A stretch of DNA of 62,710 nucleotides from a virus. Its lineage: Duplodnaviria > Caudoviricetes. The stretch spans positions 1-62,710 of IMG/VR virus record IMGVR_UViG_3300021437_000018, one strand, 5' to 3'. Numbering within the stretch: position 1 is the stretch's first letter; every line of letters starts with the position of its first letter. Positions 28,280-36,347 of the stretch are shown here, in pieces. The notes beneath the pieces are model-generated. The model was not told the origin of the DNA, did no database searches, and worked only from the letters and a program-made list of their open reading frames with translations. Made by a program: the position numbers and the translations under genes.

Positions 28280-30094
28280 ATGAGCGAAGATCGAGTGATT
28301 GCGAACACGCTAGAACGAGCAACTTCAACAGATTTCAACGTCGCGCAAGCGATGCAGGCTAGGCGCCTCGGTGATTTTGTTGCGGCTGCATATGCTGACA
28401 ATGTCGTGCCGGTGCCGTTCCAAAATGGCGTTGGGCTGTCCGACAACAACTATTTCCCGCGTCCCGTAGTGACTGGCCTCAATGTTTACGCCTCGTCATC
28501 GAGCTCCGAGATTTACGTCAGCCCAGGCTCATTGACCCAATACAGTCCGCCGTGGGCTCCATTTTCTGGACCGGCATGGTCAGGCACTAGAGTTCCGCCC
28601 AGTGATATTCAGACGGGTTTTTTGCGCTCGATGACGACGGTTCCGTATGTGTCGACGGCTGGTTTGGGCCTCAGTAATTCTGCGCAGGAGGCATACCATT
28701 TGCTTGTTGCGCGGCTTGTGGAGGTGGTGAGCCTGACCAGCACCGTAAGTATTTTTGACGTAGCAACCCAGGCATTTGTCCCGACAACTCTCACTAAGCG
28801 GATTGAGCTACGGATTCAATTCCAATGGATCCTCGGAGCTGCCTTGAATGCCGATCAGACGATTATTCCGTCATTGGATGCTGGGGGTCCAGAGTGGGAA
28901 CCCATAGCTTACGTGGCGTTCGTTTCGCCCGGGGGCGTGAATTCCGAATCTGGCGCAAATCAAGGTAAAGTCATTGATGTTGCTCGACGTGTCTCTGGGC
29001 GTAGTGGGTCATTTCTTGGCTCTGGAGGCAGCGGGCAAAACAGCATTGTGTCGATGCCGACTGCGTTATTTGGCAAGCTCACGAGCGCCAGATCTCCCGA
29101 TTACGGTGGTGCGCCCAGCAGTGCTCTAATGGGCTCTGCTGTGGCAGACATTGATGGAGAGCGCGCCTTCTTGTCGATATCGCAAGATCATCGGCAAGTA
29201 GCGGACGTTGACGCGGTGGACGGATCAAACCCAACGGACTGGACCTTGGTGCACTACTATCTCTGTCCGCTGCAAAGCCCAACACGTCGCAGATGGCCAA
29301 TGCGGACTGTTCTCAATGTGAGTGCTGACGTTGATCGGTCGCTTCAGTCCCGCGGGATCATTGTTGGCTCGATCATTCAACCAACGCGGAAACGCACGAA
29401 TTCCTTGCCAATCACGTTATATGCATCTGGGACCACGCGGGGGAAATGGGGTGCACAGTCGACTGTCCCAGCTGGTGCAGCTCAGTACATTGGCAGCGGT
29501 CATTCATACTCAAACGGTGGTTTCAATGCGATTTATCCCATGGTGCGTTCGGCAGGGGGCTCGGTGCTGTACCCACTTGGCGAGCAAAATAATATCGTCA
29601 GCAACCAGAAGATCCGCTGGTTGTGCCCATACGTTGATTCGATTGAAGGCGACTCTTTGGTGAGTGGTTATGTCGTTAGGTCGACGGACATTGACCTGAG
29701 AGACATCGTGCCGCGCACAGCAACCGCAGTACACTTGTTGTTTGAAATGCTGGATGGCACGAATTTTACTCACTGGACTGTCGAGGTTCGCAATCGTGTT
29801 GACAACCCAGTGAACGCGATCACGCCGTATCGAGTGAGTCCGGCGACAACTACAGGGCAGCGTCTTGCTGCCGGCGTAATGGTGTCAGGCAACCCGGGCT
29901 CTCACGAGTGGGATCATCCTATGTGTATCCTTCGCGTACCGACTGGTTGGGTGCCGGCCAATAGTCATGGTGACGCGTCCTCACTGTCTGCCGAGGGATA
30001 TCATTTTTGGCTGCATGCGGTGATCTCATCGTGGGAGTCTACCGGTACGTTTTTTGGTGAAGTTCAAATCCGCGTAGTCGGATGGGATGAATGA
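28280..30094 (+). CDS. putative tail fibre/baseplate-attached protein
   Basis: N-terminal ERATSTDFN.AQ and VVTGLNV...IYVSPG motifs typical of myophage fibre N-termini. Confidence 0.55.
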   Translation: MSEDRVIANTLERATSTDFNVAQAMQARRLGDFVAAAYADNVVPVPFQNGVGLSDNNYFPRPVVTGLNVYASSSSSEIYVSPGSLTQYSPPWAPFSGPAWSGTRVPPSDIQTGFLRSMTTVPYVSTAGLGLSNSAQEAYHLLVARLVEVVSLTSTVSIFDVATQAFVPTTLTKRIELRIQFQWILGAALNADQTIIPSLDAGGPEWEPIAYVAFVSPGGVNSESGANQGKVIDVARRVSGRSGSFLGSGGSGQNSIVSMPTALFGKLTSARSPDYGGAPSSALMGSAVADIDGERAFLSISQDHRQVADVDAVDGSNPTDWTLVHYYLCPLQSPTRRRWPMRTVLNVSADVDRSLQSRGIIVGSIIQPTRKRTNSLPITLYASGTTRGKWGAQSTVPAGAAQYIGSGHSYSNGGFNAIYPMVRSAGGSVLYPLGEQNNIVSNQKIRWLCPYVDSIEGDSLVSGYVVRSTDIDLRDIVPRTATAVHLLFEMLDGTNFTHWTVEVRNRVDNPVNAITPYRVSPATTTGQRLAAGVMVSGNPGSHEWDHPMCILRVPTGWVPANSHGDASSLSAEGYHFWLHAVISSWESTGTFFGEVQIRVVGWDE

Positions 30095-30106
30095 AGAAAG
30101 GATAAA

Positions 30107-30304
30107 ATGAGCTGGAATGTTGCTGGATTGCTCACGGTTGGCCTAACTCTGCTCACGTCGGGTTGGGTTGCAAACACACTGTCGACGATGCGAATTTCCA
30201 AGCGAATCTCCAAGGCATCGAAGGCAGCGCTTTGGATCCACGGAATCCATGGTATTGTCGCAGCCCTCGATCCAATCGAGGAAAAGGAAGAGAAAAAACC
30301 ATGA
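30107..30304 (+). CDS. small membrane protein (holin candidate)
   Basis: AAAGGA SD; hydrophobic N-terminal helix and charged C-terminus; first gene of the lysis-like cluster. Confidence 0.45.
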   Translation: MSWNVAGLLTVGLTLLTSGWVANTLSTMRISKRISKASKAALWIHGIHGIVAALDPIEEKEEKKP

Positions 30305-30657
30305 GAATTGTAATTGCATTGGCAGCGTTGCTGCTATTCGCAGGATGTGCCGGAACCCTCGATGAATCCCGGGGCAAGGTTGCTTTAGCGCGTCCGGGCG
30401 CTGCTCTGTCCACGCCAGAACGATGCGTGCAACTGTCGGATCGTCAATGGACTACTGGCATGATTGGGGCAGGCGCGGGCTTCGCGGCGGGCTCGGCGGG
30501 TCTATCCACGATCATGAGCAGCGATCACAATGTCCGGCTCGCACTAGCGCTCACTTCGGTCGGGTTTGGGATGATCGCAACCGGATCGACAATTGGGTCG
30601 CAGTTTGCCGCGAGTTCCTACGCGCAAGAATGTGTTCAGCCGGCAGGTGCGAAGTGA
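30301..30657 (+). CDS. lipoprotein with two additional hydrophobic segments
   Basis: MRIVIALAALLLFAGC lipobox; Gly-rich hydrophobic helices. Confidence 0.6.
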   Translation: MRIVIALAALLLFAGCAGTLDESRGKVALARPGAALSTPERCVQLSDRQWTTGMIGAGAGFAAGSAGLSTIMSSDHNVRLALALTSVGFGMIATGSTIGSQFAASSYAQECVQPAGAK

Positions 30658-30998
30658 GAAATGGGACAGGGCGTTCCCTGGCTTTCGTTGCCCTCCTGGG
30701 CGTACTGTCGCTCGCGCCAGATTGTGGTGGCAGCAACCCTACCCCTCTGCCGCCGACGACCCTTGGTGGGGCGACTGGGCAGGGCGGAAGCGGCCCCATT
30801 GGCTCCGCGTGCCAGCAGGCGCAATGGACGCTGGAGGCTCTCCGGTGTCCTGAGGCAACTACACCGCAAGGCACACCCTTCGCGGTGGTCTGTGATCGGG
30901 CGGCAGTAGATGGGCGAGACATGCATCCATCGTGCATTGCCAAAATTACAGCCTGTAGTGAGGTCGAAGCGGCCTATCGAGGGGAGCTCTGTCGATGA
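30654..30998 (+). CDS. secreted/lipoprotein Cys-rich protein
   Basis: Signal-like LAFVALLGVLSLAPDC, Gly/Pro linker and a 6-Cys domain. Confidence 0.55.
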   Translation: MRNGTGRSLAFVALLGVLSLAPDCGGSNPTPLPPTTLGGATGQGGSGPIGSACQQAQWTLEALRCPEATTPQGTPFAVVCDRAAVDGRDMHPSCIAKITACSEVEAAYRGELCR

Positions 30999-31774
30999 TT
31001 CTATTTGCCACTGGGCGACAGCCACATAGTCCGCAACAGCTCGCGAATCTGCGCGAGAAACACGCTTACGTTGGCGCAGCCATTGTTGCTGAAACGATAG
31101 TGCAGCCCATTGCACGGATCCGGAATCAACGCTCGACGCCAAGTTGCGTGGGCCAGGCTTGTGCCGGCGCAATCCATGCGCTCATCGGTTTCGACGGCTC
31201 CGCGATCAATCTCTGGATCGATGCGCGACGCAGGCAAGGTGACATCGACAATCCCGATGATGGTACTACGGCGGAGACGGCGATCGAGTCCCTGATTGGT
31301 CGCGGCCTTGATCCGTATGAGGACGGAGAAGAAAGCCGTTCGGCTGCTGATTATTCGCAGATGCCAGCTCTCGCTGCCGAACTGGCAGCAGACGACCATC
31401 GAATCTCGCCGGTTGCTGAGCGCTACATCGTGACCGGTACGGTGGCGAAGCAACGTCTTGCCATTATTGAGGCGCTCAAGGCTGGACATGCGGTACTTTG
31501 GGCTACCGGCGTCAAGGATCCGTTCTTTGGCCTCACCTTCGATGCAGTGGCGGACTCCAACTTCATCGGCGCCGACTTCAATGGCCACGAGATGCGGATC
31601 GTTGGATACGATGCCACGTCGGATGAGTTTTTGATCCAAAACTCATGGGACAAAGATTGGTGCGGCTGCAATTTCCAGGGCGAGACGTACGCAGGTTGCT
31701 TCCGATGTCGCGCTGTCGATGCGATCGAATGTGCATGGGACACGATGGTGCTGCAGCTCAAGCCCGCGCCGTGA
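30995..31774 (+). CDS. papain-like (C1) cysteine peptidase
   Basis: NQRSTPSCVGQA (oxyanion Q, catalytic C), GHEMRIVGYD (H) and IQNSW (N). Confidence 0.85.
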   Translation: MILFATGRQPHSPQQLANLREKHAYVGAAIVAETIVQPIARIRNQRSTPSCVGQACAGAIHALIGFDGSAINLWIDARRRQGDIDNPDDGTTAETAIESLIGRGLDPYEDGEESRSAADYSQMPALAAELAADDHRISPVAERYIVTGTVAKQRLAIIEALKAGHAVLWATGVKDPFFGLTFDAVADSNFIGADFNGHEMRIVGYDATSDEFLIQNSWDKDWCGCNFQGETYAGCFRCRAVDAIECAWDTMVLQLKPAP

Positions 31775-32055
31775 GCCACAAGGATTTACCGTCGTATCAG
31801 CGCATGCGAGCGCGAAAACGTGCCCGAGCGAAATGCCAGATTTGGGATCATCCACTCGGGCACAAAACTAAGCGATGTGGAGCGTGTCGCTTAGTGATTG
31901 GGCGCGAGCAATTTGATCGATGTTCGCATGCCTCAGATGGGTTGCAGGGGTATTGCAAGCAATGCATGCGGTTGCGTAGATATGGTGGCCACAGGGCTTG
32001 CGCAACTTCACGAAATATGACCCAATGCTCGCATGCCAGTCGGCGAACTTCGTGA
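31771..32055 (+). CDS. Zn-finger protein resembling the N-terminal part of HNH/endo VII proteins
   Basis: KRCGAC...F......DGLQGYCKQC. Confidence 0.5.
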   Translation: MSHKDLPSYQRMRARKRARAKCQIWDHPLGHKTKRCGACRLVIGREQFDRCSHASDGLQGYCKQCMRLRRYGGHRACATSRNMTQCSHASRRTS

Positions 32056-32635
32056 GCTTCGTTTTCGAAACCTAGTTGTGCCTGTGCAATTTCTGGCTGC
32101 TGCACAGGGGACGTGGACGCCTTCGGATCCGGCGCGCGAAGTGCGGTTGATCTGCTTGCATTCGGCAGAGTGCGGGGAAGTTCCTGGGGCCGCTGAAGCG
32201 CTGCAGACTTGGGCCGCTGGCAGTGCGCATCCGAAGGGGGCCTCATGGCACTTCGCGGTTGACTCCGACAGCATTACGCAATCGGTCGAGATCCACGATG
32301 TGGCTTGGCACGCGGGGCCGATCAATGGCTACTCGGTGGGGATCGAGCAGGCGGGACGCGCGGCGCAGACCTACGAACAATGGACGGATGGTTATTCCGC
32401 GGCGCTGCTCGAGCGCACGGCGCGACTGATTGCGTTGCTAGTCGCGTGGTACGACCTGCCGATCGAGCATGTTGCGAACCCAAAGGATCCGAAAGCCAAG
32501 GGCATTTGCACACATGCTGACGTGACGAAAGCTTGGGGGACTCGAGGGGGGCACACCGATCCGGGCGCTGCATATCCCATGGAATTTGTGCTAGCTAAGG
32601 CGCGCGGCTATCAATTAGGAGCGATCGAGCCATGA
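32033..32635 (+). CDS. endolysin, N-acetylmuramoyl-L-alanine amidase (Amidase_2)
   Basis: ICLHSAE, ASWHFAVD, AWHAG..NGYSVGIE, CTH and HTDPG motifs. Confidence 0.9.
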   Translation: MPVGELRELRFRNLVVPVQFLAAAQGTWTPSDPAREVRLICLHSAECGEVPGAAEALQTWAAGSAHPKGASWHFAVDSDSITQSVEIHDVAWHAGPINGYSVGIEQAGRAAQTYEQWTDGYSAALLERTARLIALLVAWYDLPIEHVANPKDPKAKGICTHADVTKAWGTRGGHTDPGAAYPMEFVLAKARGYQLGAIEP

Positions 32636-33027
32636 GCGAAATCGAAGTACAGGCAGAGCTTGATCGAGTACGGCTCGAACTCGAGCAGACCAAAGCGACG
32701 CTTGCGGATTTTCAATCACGTGACACGGATCGGCCTCCGGCAAGCGAGCACCCGACCGGGTCAAGCCGGATTGATTCCGTGGCGCACTACATCGAGCTCA
32801 TGGATTCGTTGGTGTCGGAAGTGCAAGGTTTTCGGTTAGATTTGCAAAAGCTGCCCGAGCAGGTTGAGAAATCGGTAGCTGCTGGGATTGCCAATTCAAC
32901 CGTGGAAATCGTCACTCGTCTTGAAAAAGCCGAGGCGGAAATCGTGCGGCTCAAGCGCTGGCGCGAGGACTTTGATGGTGAGGGCTGCGGGTTTGCGGGC
33001 TGCCCACGGCGGGCCATGGGTGACTAG
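32632..33027 (+). CDS. hypothetical coiled-coil protein
   Basis: ATGA-coupled ORF with a heptad pattern. Confidence 0.55.
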   Translation: MSEIEVQAELDRVRLELEQTKATLADFQSRDTDRPPASEHPTGSSRIDSVAHYIELMDSLVSEVQGFRLDLQKLPEQVEKSVAAGIANSTVEIVTRLEKAEAEIVRLKRWREDFDGEGCGFAGCPRRAMGD

Positions 33028-33335
33028 TGTCTGTGCCAATAAAATATCGGGAGACGCTTCCGTCGGAAATGTCGCTCGAGGAAATCCTAGGCGCTGGCAT
33101 TGCTGAGCACGCAGCGCGAGCGCAAGCGGCAGAAGCCCGAGCAGCATCCCTGGAGGCAGAGCTAGCAAAGCTCCGCGCTGGTAATTCGGAGCCGCCTTCC
33201 GGAATTGACGTGCGCACCAGCGGCGGAAATCGTGTCAGGGGCGAACGCAGCACCACGGTAATCGTGATGTTGCTCGTGGCTGTTACGGCACTGCTTTGGC
33301 GGTTACCGGATATCCTAGCCGCGCTTTGCGATTAG
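33027..33335 (+). CDS. hypothetical protein with a C-terminal TM helix
   Basis: VIVMLLVAVTALLW. Confidence 0.55.
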   Translation: MSVPIKYRETLPSEMSLEEILGAGIAEHAARAQAAEARAASLEAELAKLRAGNSEPPSGIDVRTSGGNRVRGERSTTVIVMLLVAVTALLWRLPDILAALCD

Positions 33336-33457
33336 GCCGCCTTGCGGGCGCTCTGACGCAGTAGGATCCCCTCGATGACCTGGACTAGCTCGGCAAGCGA
33401 GGCGCTGTCCAGCAAGTCGAGTAGCGCGTCAATGGTGGCTCTGGTTGGTCGAGACAT
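33332..33457 (-). CDS. 41-aa amphipathic peptide (absent from the ORF track)
   Basis: MSRPTRATIDALLDLLDSASLAELVQVIEGILLRQSARKAA; GGAAAG upstream and a dedicated leftward promoter. Confidence 0.5.
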   Translation of the reverse strand: MSRPTRATIDALLDLLDSASLAELVQVIEGILLRQSARKAA

Positions 33458-33509
33458 CGGAGTCTTTCCGGCGACCACCTGGCCGCCATTACCTTTTGGG
33501 CATAGGGCC

Positions 33510-33537
33510 AATATAGCTCTCTATTTGTGCGTGTCAA
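33510..33537 (-). promoter_or_regulatory. sigma70-like leftward promoter
   Basis: Minus strand TTGACA-N16-TATATT. Confidence 0.55.
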
Positions 33538-33910
33538 GAATCAAAGTACTGGCCGTTCGGTAGTGAACTGCAGTTTACATGTCACATATGGTGCCATAGT
33601 GAATCTTTGGATACAGGATAGCGTTTGATCGGGCGATCGGGCCGTGAACAATCAATCACTCTTGACACGATTTCAAAACCAAGCGATCTCTCGCGCGGCT
33701 TCTGGCTTCGCCTCGATAACCCCGCAGATCGGGGGGCTCTCATCGAGCCGCCCCCCTCGGCAGCGCTGGCGCGACTGCCTCACCCCTGGCCCTAGTCGAT
33801 ATCGTGCGGTGCCTGACGGCACCTTCGAATCGACGACATCGCCTAGCCAATGCGCTTCGCGAGTAGGCCAAAACCAGGTGTATCCAAAAGTTCACGCCTT
33901 GCCCAAGCGT

Positions 33911-33930
33911 TAACTAGCTGCTACTAGTTA
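33911..33930. promoter_or_regulatory. palindromic operator candidate
   Basis: TAACTAG-N6-CTAGTTA, 3 nt upstream of the RHH gene start. Confidence 0.5.
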
Positions 33931-33933
33931 GCT

Positions 33934-34239
33934 ATGCCGAAAGCAGAGCAGACAGAGCAGAAATCGCCGAAACGACGGCACGCATCGACGTTGCGAATTC
34001 GGATCGACATTGCGGACGCGCTAGATCGGGTACAGTGGGAAACAGGAAGAGCCAAATCAGCGGTGATTTGCGAGGCCGTCATGGAGTGGCTCAGGCTGCG
34101 AGAGATCGCGATCCGTGAAGGGAAGCCGAGGATCGTCGATTTGCCGGTTTTGCGAGCAATCCAGCGGCAACCGAAGCCCGAATCGAGAATCATGGACCAG
34201 TTGGAGGTGGCCGAGGATCCGAGAAAGGTAGGTCAATAG
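33934..34239 (+). CDS. ribbon-helix-helix DNA-binding protein
   Basis: STLRIRIDIADALDRVQWETGRAKSAVICEAVMEWL fits the RHH pattern. Confidence 0.7.
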   Translation: MPKAEQTEQKSPKRRHASTLRIRIDIADALDRVQWETGRAKSAVICEAVMEWLRLREIAIREGKPRIVDLPVLRAIQRQPKPESRIMDQLEVAEDPRKVGQ

Positions 34240-34763
34240 TGAGTTGGTGGAGGGTGCAGCTTTCTGTTAACGGCAAGGTCGAAAGCTGCACGAAGCTTGA
34301 GGCCATCATCCAGGAGTCGACTGGCTCTCGTGTGTTTTTTGTGTGCGCTTCGCTGCGTATTGACGCGGAAGCTCAGGCGTACAAGAGGTACAAATTACAG
34401 CAAAAACAGGCACAGCGGGCGCGCAGAGCAACCAACCGCGCACAAGGGCTTTGTAAATGTGGCCGAAGGCCCCCAGCTGGACGTAAGCAATGCGATTTGT
34501 GCATTGCTCGATCAAAGGCGTCGAAAGCGAGAGCGATGGCGCGAGAGCGTGGAGAGACTCTCCAACCACTGCCGCCCAAGTCGATGGCGATAGCCGAAAC
34601 GCGAGCTGAACGCGAGCAGGAGGTAAGGCTTGAGGTGCTGCGAAAGGTACAGGAGGAGTGGCAGCGTTCCCCGAACGTCAGATCCTTCGGGGTATGGCTG
34701 GACAAGCAGATCGCGACCGCGGAAAAGGGCAAGTGCTATCCGGAATCCTTGCCTATCTCGTGA
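34239..34763 (+). CDS. hypothetical basic Zn-finger protein
   Basis: GLCKCGR.P..GRKQCDLC. Confidence 0.55.
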   Translation: MSWWRVQLSVNGKVESCTKLEAIIQESTGSRVFFVCASLRIDAEAQAYKRYKLQQKQAQRARRATNRAQGLCKCGRRPPAGRKQCDLCIARSKASKARAMARERGETLQPLPPKSMAIAETRAEREQEVRLEVLRKVQEEWQRSPNVRSFGVWLDKQIATAEKGKCYPESLPIS

Positions 34764-35281
34764 GTCTACCGATCTGGACAGCAGACTCATGGGAACCGCC
34801 CGAGGCTCGACGGGCACGTCTCGAGGTGGCAGCACAGGCCATCGTCGAGGCCTCTCGCGGGGACCGACAAGTGGCGGCAGCGGTGGCGGTCCAGGGGGGA
34901 CGTGAGAGCCTGTTCAGCGTTGGTTGGGGCCAATGCCAGTGCGACACTGCTCGAGGGGAGTGCGACCGAGGTAAGGCGCACGGGTACTGGCAGTGGCATC
35001 GGATCCCATCCGAGCCTGTCGAGTCATGGGAGGCGCTCTGCTCGGTTGAGGCGATGCCTGTGCTCGTGGCTGCCACCAGGACAGCGAAGTGGCTACGCGG
35101 CTGCTCACTGGGCGACAGAGTGTGCCTGGCTGGCAAATATGCGCGCTTGGGTGGGCTTCCAATGGAGTCGCCTCCGGAGTGGGCTTTTGGGCGAGCCGAC
35201 GCATCAATTCGGTTGGCCGAAAAGATTCGTCCCAACAAAAAATCACTCGCCAGTAGAAAACCATTGGCACTCTCGGAATAG
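34733..35281 (+). CDS. putative secreted lytic transglycosylase (SLT)-like protein
   Basis: Hydrophobic N-terminus; RESLF...GKAHGYWQ resembles the SLT ES..F/GAxGxxQ motifs. Confidence 0.45.
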   Translation: MLSGILAYLVSLPIWTADSWEPPEARRARLEVAAQAIVEASRGDRQVAAAVAVQGGRESLFSVGWGQCQCDTARGECDRGKAHGYWQWHRIPSEPVESWEALCSVEAMPVLVAATRTAKWLRGCSLGDRVCLAGKYARLGGLPMESPPEWAFGRADASIRLAEKIRPNKKSLASRKPLALSE

Positions 35282-35330
35282 TGAGCTATATATACTGAGT
35301 CGGCAGCGAACGCCGGCAGAAAGTAGAAAC
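35255..35330 (+). repeat. 76-bp direct repeat, copy 1 (promoter + hairpin + RBS cassette)
   Basis: Identical to 38242-38317; contains TTGGCA-N17-TATATA, a hairpin and AGAAAGTAG. Confidence 0.9.
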
Positions 35331-35335
35331 TCCAG

Positions 35336-35608
35336 ATGACCACTAGCCGCGAGATCCAAGACCGAATTGAAGCGCTAGAAGACGAAGCGAACGCGCACCA
35401 AGATTCAGAGCAAGAAACGCTATGCGATCGCGCTAGCGGGTACGAACTGTATGATTCGGATCACAATACTATTGTGAGTCCGGAAGAACTGTTTCCCGCC
35501 TCTGACACTCCTATGGTCGACTACGTGGCCACCATCGTAGAAAGCCTGGATTGCGATCAGGCAGAGGGCCATGTCCGGGTCGGCAATCGTCGCGTCTTTG
35601 CTCAGTAG
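35336..35608 (+). CDS. acidic hypothetical early protein
   Basis: First ORF after the promoter cassette. Confidence 0.6.
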   Translation: MTTSREIQDRIEALEDEANAHQDSEQETLCDRASGYELYDSDHNTIVSPEELFPASDTPMVDYVATIVESLDCDQAEGHVRVGNRRVFAQ

Positions 35609-35667
35609 TCGCCGACCATTGACCGAGGGGCTTAGGGCATTGAGAGGATCAAGAAATGTAAAATCGA

Positions 35668-35880
35668 GTGTTCGTGACTGGAGACCAGTGGGTAGAAAGT
35701 GCGCCTGATGGGGCCATCCCGGGGGTGCGCTATTACGATGGCGTACATCGTGGGTTCGTCCCCGCGCATTCAGCGACGTGCGTTGGGCGCGCGTCGGATG
35801 AGGAAATGTGTGTGGCAATGGCGGAGGCGCGGTCTAGGCTGCGCGAACGTCGTGCGTATAGCTTAGGGTGCGCAAGATGA
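35668..35880 (+). CDS. hypothetical protein
   Basis: Short ORF coupled to the next one. Confidence 0.4.
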   Translation: MFVTGDQWVESAPDGAIPGVRYYDGVHRGFVPAHSATCVGRASDEEMCVAMAEARSRLRERRAYSLGCAR

Positions 35881-36065
35881 TCACCGAGTCAACCTATTCT
35901 GTAGATGACGAATTCGGTAACCCGATCACGACTGGATGCGAGACATTCGGTGCCGCACTATCGACGGCGCGGCGATACCTGAGCGCTCACGCGGACGCAC
36001 CTAGTGTGCTCGTGTATGACGACGATGAGTCTTGGGAGCTCACGCGCACCGACGTCCTAGGATGA
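35877..36065 (+). CDS. hypothetical protein
   Basis: ATGA coupling; acidic 62 aa. Confidence 0.5.
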   Translation: MITESTYSVDDEFGNPITTGCETFGAALSTARRYLSAHADAPSVLVYDDDESWELTRTDVLG

Positions 36066-36146
36066 TACTGACTCCCCCAAGGGCCTCGCTACTCGGATAG
36101 GGTAACGGGGCCAAGGGGGCGCCAGTGGCGCACCAGAGAGGGCAAC

Positions 36147-36347
36147 ATGGCCAAGCCAATCACCAAAATCTCGGACCTGCCGCCTGCAATCGATTCCGAG
36201 CAAGAGGTGGCAATTCCTGGATATTATCTCGGACAGGGCGACAGATACGATCGTTGGCTGCTTCGACGAGCGCGCGACGGCAAGCCAGTGGCAATCGTTC
36301 GTATTCGTTGGTCGGGACTCTGGCCCATAGCGAAAAAGGTCAAGTGA
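36147..36347 (+). CDS. hypothetical protein
   Basis: GAGAGGG SD; TGATG coupling to the SNF2 gene. Confidence 0.55.
   Translation: MAKPITKISDLPPAIDSEQEVAIPGYYLGQGDRYDRWLLRRARDGKPVAIVRIRWSGLWPIAKKVK

Noticed and set aside
9598-30094. Tail cluster as a stand-alone contractile injection system or tailocin
   Set aside because: Capsid, portal, terminase and replication genes are present, so this is a phage.
19024-30094. Diversity-generating retroelement or invertase-based fibre switching
   Set aside because: No reverse transcriptase, TR/VR repeat pair or recombinase was recognised in the window.
33644-33913. 89-aa + strand ORF in the control region
   Set aside because: No SD, a low-complexity translation, and it overlaps promoter and hairpin features; more likely non-coding.
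35265-35280. TGGCAC as a sigma54 -24 box
   Set aside because: The required TTGC -12 element is absent; the sigma70-like spacing fits better.
36125-36346. Long N-terminal extension of the SNF2 ORF
   Set aside because: It overlaps a better-supported 66-aa ORF with an SD; TGATG coupling points to ATG36347.
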